Positions 18,555-27,947 of a stretch of 64,000 bases of DNA are shown here, piece after piece. The notes under the pieces were generated by a model, which worked only from the letters and a program-made list of their open reading frames with translations, did not search any database and was not told where the DNA came from. The stretch is from Clostridiales bacterium (GTDB lineage Bacteria; Bacillota; Clostridia; Oscillospirales; Oscillospiraceae). The position numbers and the translations under genes were made by a program. Location of the stretch: the NCBI GenBank assembly GCA_004553495.1, contig SFLE01000009.1, forward strand, positions 33,616 to 97,615, given 5' to 3'. The stretch's first letter is position 1; each line of letters begins with the position of its first letter.

Positions 18555-19183
18555 CATATTATGCAGCTTTTGTCCGGCTCGAAAACGACTATGCGGCGTT
18601 TGTCGGCCGGCTGTATGTCATATTCATTGCCTCCAAGACGGACTATTTCGTCCTCGTTCCAGAGCGAGAGGAAATCATCCACCGGAGCGACATTTTCAAG
18701 CCCGATGCCGTCGCCGGAATAGTGCATCGGGACTATCGTTTTTGCGCTAAGCGCTATTGCGACCTCGCGCGCCTGCTTTGCACAGATGGTGTAGAACCCG
18801 CCGACGGGTATCATGAGCACATCTATCTTCCCGAGCTGAGACACCGTGTCCGGCGTGAGCGCGTGACCGAGATCGCCCAGATGCGCTATGCGCACGGAGC
18901 CCGCTTCAATGACGGTGCACAGGTTATCCCCGCGCATTTTGCCGAGCTGACCGTCGTGAAATGTCTTCACCTGCGTAACGGCAAAGCGAGGCTCCGTTCC
19001 CGACAGCTCAACGCCTTCGGTGTAGTTGTGATCGGAGTGACCGTGGCTGCATATGACGGCATCGGCGTGCAGCCGAGGTAGCCTGAGACCGCGCACGCTG
19101 CCCGGAGCATATGGATCAAACACCACGCTGCCGAGCGGGGTGTCAAGCTCAAAGCAGGCGTGGCAATGCCATATAAGCTTCAT
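18554..19183 (-). CDS. MBL-fold metallo-hydrolase
   Basis: 209 aa; HGHSDH motif (ICSHGHSDHN), later HLGDLGH and VPMHY. Confidence 0.8.
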   Translation of the reverse strand: MKLIWHCHACFELDTPLGSVVFDPYAPGSVRGLRLPRLHADAVICSHGHSDHNYTEGVELSGTEPRFAVTQVKTFHDGQLGKMRGDNLCTVIEAGSVRIAHLGDLGHALTPDTVSQLGKIDVLMIPVGGFYTICAKQAREVAIALSAKTIVPMHYSGDGIGLENVAPVDDFLSLWNEDEIVRLGGNEYDIQPADKRRIVVFEPDKSCII

Positions 19184-19186
19184 TTC

Positions 19187-19675
19187 TCAGCCCTCGAAGC
19201 AGCTCTCGAACGCGGATTTCACGGCGGTGCGTGCATCGTCGCTCAAAATGGCGTACATGACATAGTTGCCCTGCTGCCAGACCTCGGCGTTATCGAGCTT
19301 GGGCTTTTCATCGGGCATATAGCCGTCCATCCATGCGTCCTGACGGTAGTCGATATATTCGTTGAGGGCGGTCGCTATCTTGTCGGCATTTTCCTTGCTG
19401 GTAGCCTTGAATATGCCGTATTCGTTAAGGTTTATACCTATGGTGGAGATGATGGTGTTGCGGAGCTCGTAATAAGTGGGGTCTATGTGCATGATGTCGG
19501 CGACATAATCATCGGGGATCTGGGACATATCGTCCATGTTGATCTGAGATGCCGCGAAAACGGCATCGGCGACATCCTGCATATCGGGATCGGTGGAACC
19601 CTTGCTGACGCTGCATCCGCACAGCAGGCAGGTCATAAGTATAAAAGCGGTTATGGATGTGGAAATTCTTTTCAT
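19187..19675 (-). CDS. DUF4358-like lipoprotein
   Basis: Lipobox LLCGC|S after a signal peptide; 162 aa. Same overall pattern as the second copy at 49932-50411. Confidence 0.6.
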   Translation of the reverse strand: MKRISTSITAFILMTCLLCGCSVSKGSTDPDMQDVADAVFAASQINMDDMSQIPDDYVADIMHIDPTYYELRNTIISTIGINLNEYGIFKATSKENADKIATALNEYIDYRQDAWMDGYMPDEKPKLDNAEVWQQGNYVMYAILSDDARTAVKSAFESCFEG

Positions 19676-19690
19676 GTAAAGTACCTCGCA

Positions 19691-20494
19691 TTAAAGATAA
19701 GCGTGAGTCTTGAGATAGCCGAGAACGCGCTCGAAGCCGGAGGCGTTCAGGTGAATGCCGTCGCCGTTGCCGTATTCGTGCACGAGCTTTCCGTCACTGC
19801 CCTTGAGGACGGATGCCGAGTCGGTATACTTGGCGCCGGTCTGCTCCGCAACGGAGAGTATCCAGCCGTTTGCGCGGGTTATGACCTCGTTGTTTATGCC
19901 GTTATCCTTCGCCTCATAGGAAGCCTCGACGGGGTAGATGGAGTTGCAGATTATCTTCGTGTCGGGGCTGACGGACTTTATGCGCTCGACAAGGGCGGTG
20001 TACTGGGACTTGAACGACTCCTCATCCATCATGGAAACGCCGTTCACACCGATGGTGAGCACGATATACTCGGGCTTTGCGCGCCCTACGGCATCGGTTA
20101 TGGGTATCTCCTCGCCGGTGGGCGGGTAGAGTATAGTTGCGACCGACTGGTTAAACAGCGCAAGAGTGCCGCTTGTGGGAGTCCATATCTGCGATGCGGG
20201 CAGAACATCATAGGCCTTGAGACCGTAGGTCGTGCTGTCGCCTATAAACACCATGCGCGAAATGTAATCGTCGCCGGCGTCGGCTGTCTCGCCGAGCTGA
20301 GCGGAGCTTCCGGAGGGGTCTGCCGGCGAGGAGGTCTCCTCGGGACCCTGTGGCGCCTGAGTGTTCACCGAGGGCGGATTATAGCTCGGCTCCGGCGTGG
20401 GCTCGGGATCGTCCTTGCCGCCGCAGGCGCACAGAAGGCATACAATTGCTGAGAGCATAAGTATAACGAGTGAATTTTTAAATTTTTTATTCAT
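19691..20494 (-). CDS. SGNH/GDSL-family hydrolase lipoprotein
   Basis: Signal peptide with lipobox LLCAC|G, block I FIGDSTTYG (Ser nucleophile), block V GDGIHLN (Asp-x-x-His). Confidence 0.8.
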   Translation of the reverse strand: MNKKFKNSLVILMLSAIVCLLCACGGKDDPEPTPEPSYNPPSVNTQAPQGPEETSSPADPSGSSAQLGETADAGDDYISRMVFIGDSTTYGLKAYDVLPASQIWTPTSGTLALFNQSVATILYPPTGEEIPITDAVGRAKPEYIVLTIGVNGVSMMDEESFKSQYTALVERIKSVSPDTKIICNSIYPVEASYEAKDNGINNEVITRANGWILSVAEQTGAKYTDSASVLKGSDGKLVHEYGNGDGIHLNASGFERVLGYLKTHAYL

Positions 20495-20584
20495 TTATAT
20501 CACCTCAAAATCGGAGAAATTATAACATACGCAATACTGTGCTTCAAGGCGAAAACTGTTAAAATAGTGACCGAAGTGTTAAAA

Positions 20585-20613
20585 TTGCCTGCCCAATGAG
20601 TATCAGGCAGGCG
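20585..20613 (-). terminator. Probable terminator of the acyl-CoA ligase gene
   Basis: GCCTGCC-N12-GGCAGGC hairpin just after the stop, with a weak T-run on the minus strand. Confidence 0.5.
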
Positions 20614-20620
20614 ATTATCA

Positions 20621-22363
20621 TTAAGCCTTGAACTGCTCCTCTGCTTTGCGCTTGGCCTCCTCTTCCTCCTCGAGAACGCGGTAAGCGACCTTGCCGACGA
20701 GCGTTTTCGGCAGCTCGCGGCGAAACTCGATGTCATACGGCATCGCGTATTTCGCAATGTTCTTGCGGCAGTATGCAAGAATGGCTTCCTTGGTCTTGGG
20801 GCTTTCGGGAACGCCGGGCTTGAGCATAACGAACGCCTTGACCTTATGCATCTTGTAGGGGTCGGGAACGCCGATGATGCAGCTCATGTGCACATACTCA
20901 TGAGCGTCGAGGATATTTTCGAGCTGACCGGGATAGACATTGTAGCCGGAGGTGATTATCATTCTCTTGGCGCGGCCCTTGAAGTAGATAAAGCCCTCGT
21001 CGTCCATCATGCCGAGGTCACCCGTGTACATCCATGTAAGACCGTCGTCGTGCTTGCGCAGGGTCTGAGCGGTCTCCTCGGGGTGATTTACATACTCCAT
21101 CATAACGGTGGGACCGGCTATGAGGATCTCGCCCTCCTCGCCGTAGGGCAGCTCCTTATCCGTGCCGGGCTCGACTATCTTGTAATAGGTGTCGGGGAAC
21201 GGCAGACCGATGCTGCCCTCCTTTGCCATGTGCGGCGGGGTGAGGCAGCTCGCGGTCACGCACTCGGTAAGACCGAAGCCCTCGCGTATCTGTATCTTCG
21301 CGTTGTGGTCGTACAGGAACTTGTCGAACTTTTTCTTGAGCTCAATGGAGAGACTGTCGCCGCCGGAGAAAACGCCCTTGAGCGAGCTGAGGTCTGCTTT
21401 ATCCATGCTCGGCAGCCTGAGCAGCGCCTCGTAAAGCGTGGGAACGCCGGCGATGAAGTTGCAGTGGTATTTCGTTATCTGCTTTGCGTAGGTCTCGGCG
21501 GTGAAGCGAGGGATGAGGATGCATCTGCCGCCCTGCGAGAGCATCGTGTGGATGCATACGCCCAGACCGAAGCCGTGGAACAGGGGCATTGCCGCGAGCA
21601 TCTTGTCGCCGACGCGGAACATCGGGTTTGCCGCGATGACCTGCTGACCGAGGGCGTTGAAGTTGCGGTTTGAAAGCAGAATGCCCTTGGTGGTGCCGGT
21701 GGTGCCGCCGGAATAGAGGATAACGGCGGGGTCGGAGCCCGTGCGCTTTACCTTGTAATTATAGAAGCAGTGCCTGCCTATGTGCAGGAATTCTTTCCAG
21801 CGGATAACGGGCGCGTCCTCGGGGATCTTCTTTATCTTTCTGCCCTCGGTGAGCATATAGCCCGCCTTGACGGGCTTTGACAGCTCGTCCTTTATGCTGG
21901 CGATGACAATATTGACCACCTTGGTGTTGTGGCGGATGCTCTCAAACTTGTTGTAGAACTGGTCAAGAGTTATCGCCGTTACCGATTCCGACTCGTTGAG
22001 GTAAAACTCTATCTCTTTTTCCGCGGACAGGGGGTGGATCATGTTGCAGATGCCGCCGATGAGGTTAACGGCGTAAAACATCTGTATCGCCTGCGGGCAG
22101 TTGGGCATTGCGATGGTGACCTTGTCGCCCTCGCGAACGCCGATGGTGCGCAGCGACTTTGCGCACGCCTCGATCTCTTTTATAAGCGTCTTATAAGTAG
22201 TAGAACGACCCATGAAATCGAATGCGACATTATTTGGGTATTTTTCAGCAATAGCCTCTACAGCCTCGAACATCGAGCCGTCGAAATAGTCGAGAGTAAA
22301 GGGAACCTCGCCCAAGTGCGCCTTCCACGGCGCCTTGGCTGTTATATTCTCCATTTGCATCAT
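20621..22363 (-). CDS. AMP-binding enzyme, long-chain-fatty-acid--CoA ligase-like
   Basis: 580 aa. AMP-binding motif YSGGTTGTTKG, TGDLG, GYNVYP and the C-terminal lysine context LPKTLVGKV. Confidence 0.88.
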   Translation of the reverse strand: MMQMENITAKAPWKAHLGEVPFTLDYFDGSMFEAVEAIAEKYPNNVAFDFMGRSTTYKTLIKEIEACAKSLRTIGVREGDKVTIAMPNCPQAIQMFYAVNLIGGICNMIHPLSAEKEIEFYLNESESVTAITLDQFYNKFESIRHNTKVVNIVIASIKDELSKPVKAGYMLTEGRKIKKIPEDAPVIRWKEFLHIGRHCFYNYKVKRTGSDPAVILYSGGTTGTTKGILLSNRNFNALGQQVIAANPMFRVGDKMLAAMPLFHGFGLGVCIHTMLSQGGRCILIPRFTAETYAKQITKYHCNFIAGVPTLYEALLRLPSMDKADLSSLKGVFSGGDSLSIELKKKFDKFLYDHNAKIQIREGFGLTECVTASCLTPPHMAKEGSIGLPFPDTYYKIVEPGTDKELPYGEEGEILIAGPTVMMEYVNHPEETAQTLRKHDDGLTWMYTGDLGMMDDEGFIYFKGRAKRMIITSGYNVYPGQLENILDAHEYVHMSCIIGVPDPYKMHKVKAFVMLKPGVPESPKTKEAILAYCRKNIAKYAMPYDIEFRRELPKTLVGKVAYRVLEEEEEAKRKAEEQFKA

Positions 22364-22393
22364 TCCTTTTAAAAATTAAAATAATGTGAGGAC

Positions 22394-22422
22394 ATAATAT
22401 ATCATAGCGCGGCTTTTGTCAA
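22394..22422 (-). promoter_or_regulatory. Sigma-A promoter of the acyl-CoA ligase gene
   Basis: Minus strand reads TTGACA-17 nt-TATTAT, about 30 nt upstream of the ATG. Confidence 0.65.
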
Positions 22423-22516
22423 ATTCTGAACAAAAAGTATAGAGCCGGAGCATTGGGCGGATTCAGGTAAGGAAAAATCGGCTTTGACCGGCTCTTTTCC
22501 GCCCATACTGCACAAA

Positions 22517-22552
22517 AATCTCCGGTAATACACAAAGTATTGCCGGAGATTT
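22517..22552. terminator. Hairpin terminator in the 390-bp intergenic region
   Basis: ATCTCCGGTAATAC-ACAAA-GTATTGCCGGAGAT (one mismatch), flanked by an A-run and a T-run. Confidence 0.6.
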
Positions 22553-22756
22553 GTTGTTTTGTCTTAACAAAAAATAGCTCGCTCAAAACTGCTGCGCACC
22601 CTGTAAAATTGGATTTTTTTCCGAGGCAAGGCGAAGCTTGACGGGCATAATGGATGTATGACTTAGAGCTTTAACGCAGCATCGGGGAAAAAGGCTTTTT
22701 ACAGGGCGAATTATCCTTATCTGAATTCGCCCCTCGGGGCGGCTCTTCAGCTGTGA

Positions 22757-24205
22757 CTATCTTAATTTAACGCAGTAGTAGGAGAGAAGATAGGTCTTTT
22801 CGCATTTGTAGGCGTTCCACACCCGGTCGGCAAGCTCCTCCGGCTCACCTGCTTTGCGCTGGAATGCGCGTATCTCCTCAATGACCTCCTGCATATCGTT
22901 TTCGCACGCCTCTTCGAGGTCGTAGAACCTGTCGCAATTGAAGTAGGCATACACCATAAGGCTGCGGTATTTGCCCTCGGGCTGGGAGTAAAACTCCGCG
23001 CGTATCTCCTCGACGAGCGCATCCAACCGCGCCATGTGCGAATATTTTATAGCCTCGATCTCCGCTGCGGCAAGAGCTTTCTTGTACTGCTGGCGGCTGA
23101 GGTCTCCCGCCTGGAGCAGGACCTCCTTGGCGATGTCGGTGTAGGTTGCCTCTTCGTTTATTATCCGCTGCGCGCCTTCTTTGAAAATGTTATAGTCCCA
23201 GCGTGAGGTGTCCACCTCGAGAAGCTCGTCTATCTCGCCGTGATAGTTTCCAGCTACCTGCATTATCTGCTCGGGGGTCATGTTCTGCGCGTAGTAATAG
23301 GACTTGAGCAGATCGTACTGCGCCCAGACAAAGCAGCCGAGGACGGCAGCCATAATGAGCATGAAATAAACAAACACCTCGGCAACGACCTTGCCTGTGG
23401 TTTTCTTGAGCTTGTTGCGGGGGCTTTCCTGAGTGTTTTTCAGCGACTCCGTCTGCGGGAGCTTGCCGGTGTTGAGATACTCGGCATAGGCATCGCATAC
23501 CTCATCGGGCTTTCCAAACATGACCATGCGGCCCTTGTCGAGCCACAGCACCTTGTTGCACTGATTTCTTACCGTTTGCAGCGAATGCGAGACCATGAGA
23601 GCGGTCGTGTCGCCGGAGTCTATGATGCTCTGCATTTTCTGCTGGCTGCGCTTGCGGAAGTCGCCGTCGCCGACGGCGAATATCTCGTCAAGGATGATTA
23701 TGTCGGGCTCCACCATGCTCGCAATGGCAAACGCTATGCGGCTTTTCATGCCGCTCGAGAGCGTTCTGAACGGACTGTTCTGGAACTCGCGCATATCGGC
23801 AAAGTCGATTATCTCATCGTATTTTGAGTCGATAAACTCTCGGGAATAGCCCATGAACGCGCCGCGGAGGTAAACATTCTCGCGCACGGTCATTTCGCGG
23901 TCAAAGCCTGTGCCGAGCTCGAGCAGCGCGCATATGCGCCCCTTCTTCTCAATAGTGCCCGAGGCGGGAGTGAGCGTTCCGCTGATGGCCTTCATCATCG
24001 TCGATTTGCCCGCGCCGTTTTTGCCGACAACGCCGAGCATATCGCCCTTTTCAAGCGAAAACGACACATTTTTAAGCGCCCAGAACTCGTTTGAGCGGGG
24101 GCTCTTTCCGAGTATGCGCTTTACGATATCCGAGGTCGAGCGCGAATCCTGCTTGCGGTAGCGCACCGAAACATCGTCAAGTACAAGGACTTTGTTTTCT
24201 TCCAT
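22757..24205 (-). CDS. tagH: Teichoic-acid/polysaccharide export ABC ATPase (TagH-like) with a C-terminal TM helix and extra domain
   Basis: Walker A GKNGAGKST, signature LSSGMKSR, Walker B IIILDE, then a TM helix (VFVYFMLIMAAVLGCFVWA) and a ~190-aa C-terminal domain. Confidence 0.85.
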   Translation of the reverse strand: MEENKVLVLDDVSVRYRKQDSRSTSDIVKRILGKSPRSNEFWALKNVSFSLEKGDMLGVVGKNGAGKSTMMKAISGTLTPASGTIEKKGRICALLELGTGFDREMTVRENVYLRGAFMGYSREFIDSKYDEIIDFADMREFQNSPFRTLSSGMKSRIAFAIASMVEPDIIILDEIFAVGDGDFRKRSQQKMQSIIDSGDTTALMVSHSLQTVRNQCNKVLWLDKGRMVMFGKPDEVCDAYAEYLNTGKLPQTESLKNTQESPRNKLKKTTGKVVAEVFVYFMLIMAAVLGCFVWAQYDLLKSYYYAQNMTPEQIMQVAGNYHGEIDELLEVDTSRWDYNIFKEGAQRIINEEATYTDIAKEVLLQAGDLSRQQYKKALAAAEIEAIKYSHMARLDALVEEIRAEFYSQPEGKYRSLMVYAYFNCDRFYDLEEACENDMQEVIEEIRAFQRKAGEPEELADRVWNAYKCEKTYLLSYYCVKLR

Positions 24206-24217
24206 ATCGCCGCCTCC

Positions 24218-24988
24218 TTACACATACAGCGCGATCTTGTCGCGCGCGATGCGGTAGGTGAACCAGCCGATGAATGCGCAGAAAGCCGCCATTACAAAGA
24301 GAATGAGGTGCGTGGATATCGACGGTACCGTGGAATGGATTATAAGCTGGCGGAAGTAGTCAACGCACATATACAGCGGGTTGCAGTTTAAAAGCCTGCG
24401 CATTATGCCGGGCAGGATGGAAACATCGTAGAATATCGCGGAGGCGTACATTATGATCCTTGTTATAACGGGCCAGAGGTAGTTTACATCGCGGAAGAAT
24501 ATGTACACCGTGCTCAAAAACATCCCGATGCCGAAGTTTATGAAATAAAGGCACGCCATGGGATAGAGAAGATACACGAACCGCCAGTGGAACTCGATGC
24601 CGTCAACGGCGACGAAAATGAAAAATACCAGCAGCGAAACAAAAAAGTCTATCGCCTGAGCAACGCTCTGCGATATGAGGAAATAATGCTTGGGAACGGG
24701 GACCTTGCTGAATATCGGCGCATTATCGTACAAAACCTTCATCGAGCCGCGCGTTGCGGAGGAGAAGTAGTTGAAAAGCAGCAGACCGCAGAACAGGTAT
24801 ATCGTGTAGTGCGGCATGTTGCGTCCGAAAAATGTGCCGAAAACCACATCCATGGTCAGCAGCAGAAACAGCGGCGAAAGAGCGCTCCACAGTATTCCGA
24901 AGGTGGTGCGCTTATACTTTTTTATGAAATCCCGCCTTATAAGTTCAGCAAGAAGAAAGCCCTTATTGGTCGTCTTGTCCGAAGTCAT
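24218..24988 (-). CDS. tagG: ABC-2 type polysaccharide/teichoic-acid export permease (TagG-like)
   Basis: 256 aa with 6 predicted TM helices. N-terminal RRDFIKKYKRTTFGILWSALSPL is typical of ABC-2 permeases. Lies 12 nt upstream of tagH. Confidence 0.85.
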   Translation of the reverse strand: MTSDKTTNKGFLLAELIRRDFIKKYKRTTFGILWSALSPLFLLLTMDVVFGTFFGRNMPHYTIYLFCGLLLFNYFSSATRGSMKVLYDNAPIFSKVPVPKHYFLISQSVAQAIDFFVSLLVFFIFVAVDGIEFHWRFVYLLYPMACLYFINFGIGMFLSTVYIFFRDVNYLWPVITRIIMYASAIFYDVSILPGIMRRLLNCNPLYMCVDYFRQLIIHSTVPSISTHLILFVMAAFCAFIGWFTYRIARDKIALYV

Positions 24989-25080
24989 AGGTTAAAAGTT
25001 CTCCTTAAAAAAGACCGTGCACAATGACACAATTGAATACAATCATGTCATTATAACACAGTCCTACGCATAATTCCATA

Positions 25081-25677
25081 TTAATTTTTCGACGCAAAGC
25101 CGAGGTAGTCCTCGGGGGAATTGAAGTCGCGGGTGAAGCTGTCGAGCACAATGTAGTCCGAGCTTATGTCTCTGCCCATGAGCGGGAGACCGGCATACAG
25201 GTGATAAACCTGCCAGCCCTTGCACTCTGAGATCTCGCCCTCAACATAGCGTCTGCGCACCTCAAGGTAAAGGTCTTTAAACAGCGCCCCGTCCTTTATG
25301 AGCACCGCGCATATGCTGTCGCGGCTTCCGAAAAACAGCACGGGAGAAATGCCGCGGCGGGATACTATCGTTTCCATCGCCTGCTCGGAGTAGAGCACAT
25401 CACCGTAGAGAAAGCACATATCGTCCTCTATCAGCTCGGCTGTGAAGCGGTCTATCTCCAGAACATTATTTTTCGGCTCATAGCGCTCGGCACCGGCTAT
25501 TGAGAGGGAGACATCGTGCGAGGTGATGATGACCTCGGCTGATTTATCGTACTCGTGCACAAGGCGAACGGTGCGTTCGATCAGCGTTTCGCCCTCAATG
25601 CGTATGCGGTGCTTTGAGTGACCCATGAAATTGTTCCACCGGCTGCCCTTGCCGTCAGCCATTATGACATACTTCAT
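25081..25677 (-). CDS. Nucleotidyltransferase (GT-A-like NTP-transferase fold, LicC/MobA-like)
   Basis: N-terminal VIMADGKGSRW matches the (M/L)A.G.G.R NTP-binding loop of sugar/alcohol-phosphate nucleotidyltransferases. Its start overlaps the upstream stop (ATGA). Substrate unknown. Confidence 0.6.
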   Translation of the reverse strand: MKYVIMADGKGSRWNNFMGHSKHRIRIEGETLIERTVRLVHEYDKSAEVIITSHDVSLSIAGAERYEPKNNVLEIDRFTAELIEDDMCFLYGDVLYSEQAMETIVSRRGISPVLFFGSRDSICAVLIKDGALFKDLYLEVRRRYVEGEISECKGWQVYHLYAGLPLMGRDISSDYIVLDSFTRDFNSPEDYLGFASKN

Positions 25678-26723
25678 TTGATTATACCATGCTCGCGGTA
25701 AAATTCGCCCAGTCTGCCATAGCGCTGGGGTCCCCAGAGCTGAATGATGTTAACGCCCGAGGAGGTGTTGGCCTCTATAACGGTGAAGCCCTCGTCGGTG
25801 GGGAGTATGTCCCACGCGATTATGTCAAGGTAGGGAAAATTGCGGCTTGCATCGAGAACGCCCGCCTTTATCGCATCCCAGTTGGGGATGGTTACGCCCT
25901 CTATGGGTGCGCCGGTGTCTGGGTGAGTTTCGTAAACGGTGAGGTTATGCAGGGTGCGCGCATGACTCATTTTGCCCGAGGCAATATCGACATTGGCGAC
26001 AAGCCCGCCGCGGCTGCCGTTATCGACTGCGCCCGTCCACGCAGCGCCTATGCGCTGAACGGCAAAGCACAGCTCAAACTCTTTCGTTTCGGCTGAGCGC
26101 AGAACTATCATGCGCAGGGTGTTTGCAGAGTTTGCGTATATCTTATTGAGGTATTCTGCCTGTACGGCATAGGCGCAGATGAGCCACTCGTTATCGTGCT
26201 CGAGGCGCGCCTTCAGCTCGGCTTCCGTGTGAGGCTCATCGTTTAGGATGATGCCGTGACCGTTATACTTTACAATGTAAACGCCCTTGCCCTTGCCTGC
26301 GCGAACGGGCTTTACGACGAATGCGCCGGTCTCGTGCAGAAGCGTTATAAGGTCGTCATAGCCGTTTATCACCCTGCCGTTCATACCGGCAAGGCGCTTA
26401 TCCTTTTTGACGCAGTATATCTCCGGCGTTTTGCAGTAGCGCTCGACTATCTGCGTAAAAACTACCTTATTATTGAGCATTTCACTGTACGGGTCGTTTA
26501 TGCACCGCGAGCGATACCAGTCAAACTCGGAAAGATACTGCTTTTTGTCGTTGTGCTTAAAGTCGTACATGGCGGCCTGATCTACCATGTAGCCGCCGAA
26601 AATGCAGTAGTAAAGCCTTGTGTGGAGCGGGAGCTTAAAGTGATTCGGCGCAAACAGTATCCTCACTATCCACAGTACTATCAATTTGATTTTGGCGAGC
26701 AATATGCTCAGAAATCGCATCAT
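25674..26723 (-). CDS. ATP-grasp ligase, 'sugar-transfer associated' type (single domain, catalytic motifs intact)
   Basis: FVVKPVRAGKGKGVYIV (ATP-binding Lys/Gly loop), LRMIVL, DNGSRGGLVANVD, HPDTGAPIEG, FTVIEANTSSG (E-x-N Mg site). The start is uncertain: 26723/26720 overlaps the tagF-like gene by ~89 nt, and the alternative ATG at 26588 does not. Confidence 0.7.
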   Translation of the reverse strand: MMRFLSILLAKIKLIVLWIVRILFAPNHFKLPLHTRLYYCIFGGYMVDQAAMYDFKHNDKKQYLSEFDWYRSRCINDPYSEMLNNKVVFTQIVERYCKTPEIYCVKKDKRLAGMNGRVINGYDDLITLLHETGAFVVKPVRAGKGKGVYIVKYNGHGIILNDEPHTEAELKARLEHDNEWLICAYAVQAEYLNKIYANSANTLRMIVLRSAETKEFELCFAVQRIGAAWTGAVDNGSRGGLVANVDIASGKMSHARTLHNLTVYETHPDTGAPIEGVTIPNWDAIKAGVLDASRNFPYLDIIAWDILPTDEGFTVIEANTSSGVNIIQLWGPQRYGRLGEFYREHGIIK

Positions 26724-27846
26724 GTTTATCTCTCTCCATACAGTCGATTATAAGTCCGGCGATCTTGTCGGTGGCTCTGCCGTTCTGATCGGGCAGATAC
26801 TTGCGGCAGAAGCGGCGGTAGTTATCCATGTCGTATTCGCCGCTGTCTATAGCGTCGGCGAGCTTTTCCGGATCGCGGAATATGCAGTCGGGAAATTCGT
26901 CGAAGAGCTTTACATTAAGCCCGTTGTGGTCGAGGTAATCCTCGTAGTCGAACAGGTAGAAGTAAACGGGCTTGCCGAGCAGCGCGGCTTCTATCGTTAT
27001 CGCGGAATAGTCGGTTATAACGCAGTCGCACACCGACAGTATCATCGAGGTCGGTATGCCTGGGCAGGTGAGTGCCGGCGCAAGGTTATCGACAACAAGA
27101 AGCTGGTTCGGGTGGCGTTTTATGATGAGCACCTGACTGCCGTCAAAGTGGAACGCCTTTACGAGCTCCTTGGGGTCGAGCGCCTGACCCTTGCGGAAGG
27201 TCGGCGCGTAGAGAACTATCTTCTTCCTGCGCAGTGTGGGGTAAATGTCGTAAAACTCGCGCTCTGCGTCCGCAACGCCCTCGCGCAGCTTATCCATGCG
27301 CGGCAGACCGACATTGTATAGAATATCGGGCTCGATGTCGAACGAGGCGCAGTAGAACGGATTAAACGCCCTGCCGCCCGCGATAACGACATCATAGTTG
27401 CGGTGCATACGCATCTGGCGCGCTATCACATCGCTTCTGCCGAATTTTTTGCCGAGCGACTGGTAGCCGGATTTTTTTATCTTGCCCATGGCGTGCCACA
27501 TCTGGATAACGGCGAGCTGCTTTTTGTGATGCAGCACCGACACCGCCGGCCAGTAGGAGTCGAGCACGCATACGCGCGCCGTTGCGAGATGGTACATACT
27601 GCGCAGCGTTGCTATCGAGTAGGAGAGCAGATTGCCGATGCCCTTGTCAATGCGCTTTGTTATCATGACTATTCTGACATCGGGCTTGAGCTCTTCGAGC
27701 CTGCGGGCGAGGAAATCAAAATCCTCTGTGACGGTGTTCGACTGGCGGCTGAGGAATATGACCTTGTTGCGGTCGGTGGGGAAGAGCTTCAGAAAAAAGT
27801 AGATGAAGTTCATGACCCAGCGAAGCAGAGTTATGGCTATTTTCAT
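26635..27846 (-). CDS. CDP-glycerol glycerophosphotransferase family protein (TagB/TagF-like)
   Basis: VLYAPTFR, KRHPNQ and ITDYSAITIEAALLGKPVYFYLFDYEDY are Glyphos_transf hallmarks. Confidence 0.85.
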   Translation of the reverse strand: MKIAITLLRWVMNFIYFFLKLFPTDRNKVIFLSRQSNTVTEDFDFLARRLEELKPDVRIVMITKRIDKGIGNLLSYSIATLRSMYHLATARVCVLDSYWPAVSVLHHKKQLAVIQMWHAMGKIKKSGYQSLGKKFGRSDVIARQMRMHRNYDVVIAGGRAFNPFYCASFDIEPDILYNVGLPRMDKLREGVADAEREFYDIYPTLRRKKIVLYAPTFRKGQALDPKELVKAFHFDGSQVLIIKRHPNQLLVVDNLAPALTCPGIPTSMILSVCDCVITDYSAITIEAALLGKPVYFYLFDYEDYLDHNGLNVKLFDEFPDCIFRDPEKLADAIDSGEYDMDNYRRFCRKYLPDQNGRATDKIAGLIIDCMERDKHDAISEHIARQNQIDSTVDSEDTVCAESL

Positions 27847-27947
27847 AATGCCCCTCCGTTGTATGTATCGGCGCAGATCGTATTAAAACTTAAAATCAGC
27901 CTATTATACGATTAATGCACCGTTTTGTCACCCTAAAAATATTAACA

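Noticed and set aside
19160-20452. 430-aa plus-strand ORF
   Set aside because: It is antisense to the SGNH and DUF4358 lipoprotein genes, which have clear signal peptides and catalytic motifs. The composition is Gly/Val/Ala-rich shadow sequence.
25100-25115. CCGAGGTAGTCCTCGG, a sequence resembling the stem of the 29-bp repeat
   Set aside because: It lies inside the 3' end of the nucleotidyltransferase CDS (encoding ...EDYLGF...), has a different loop and lacks the A/T flanks. It is most likely coincidental.
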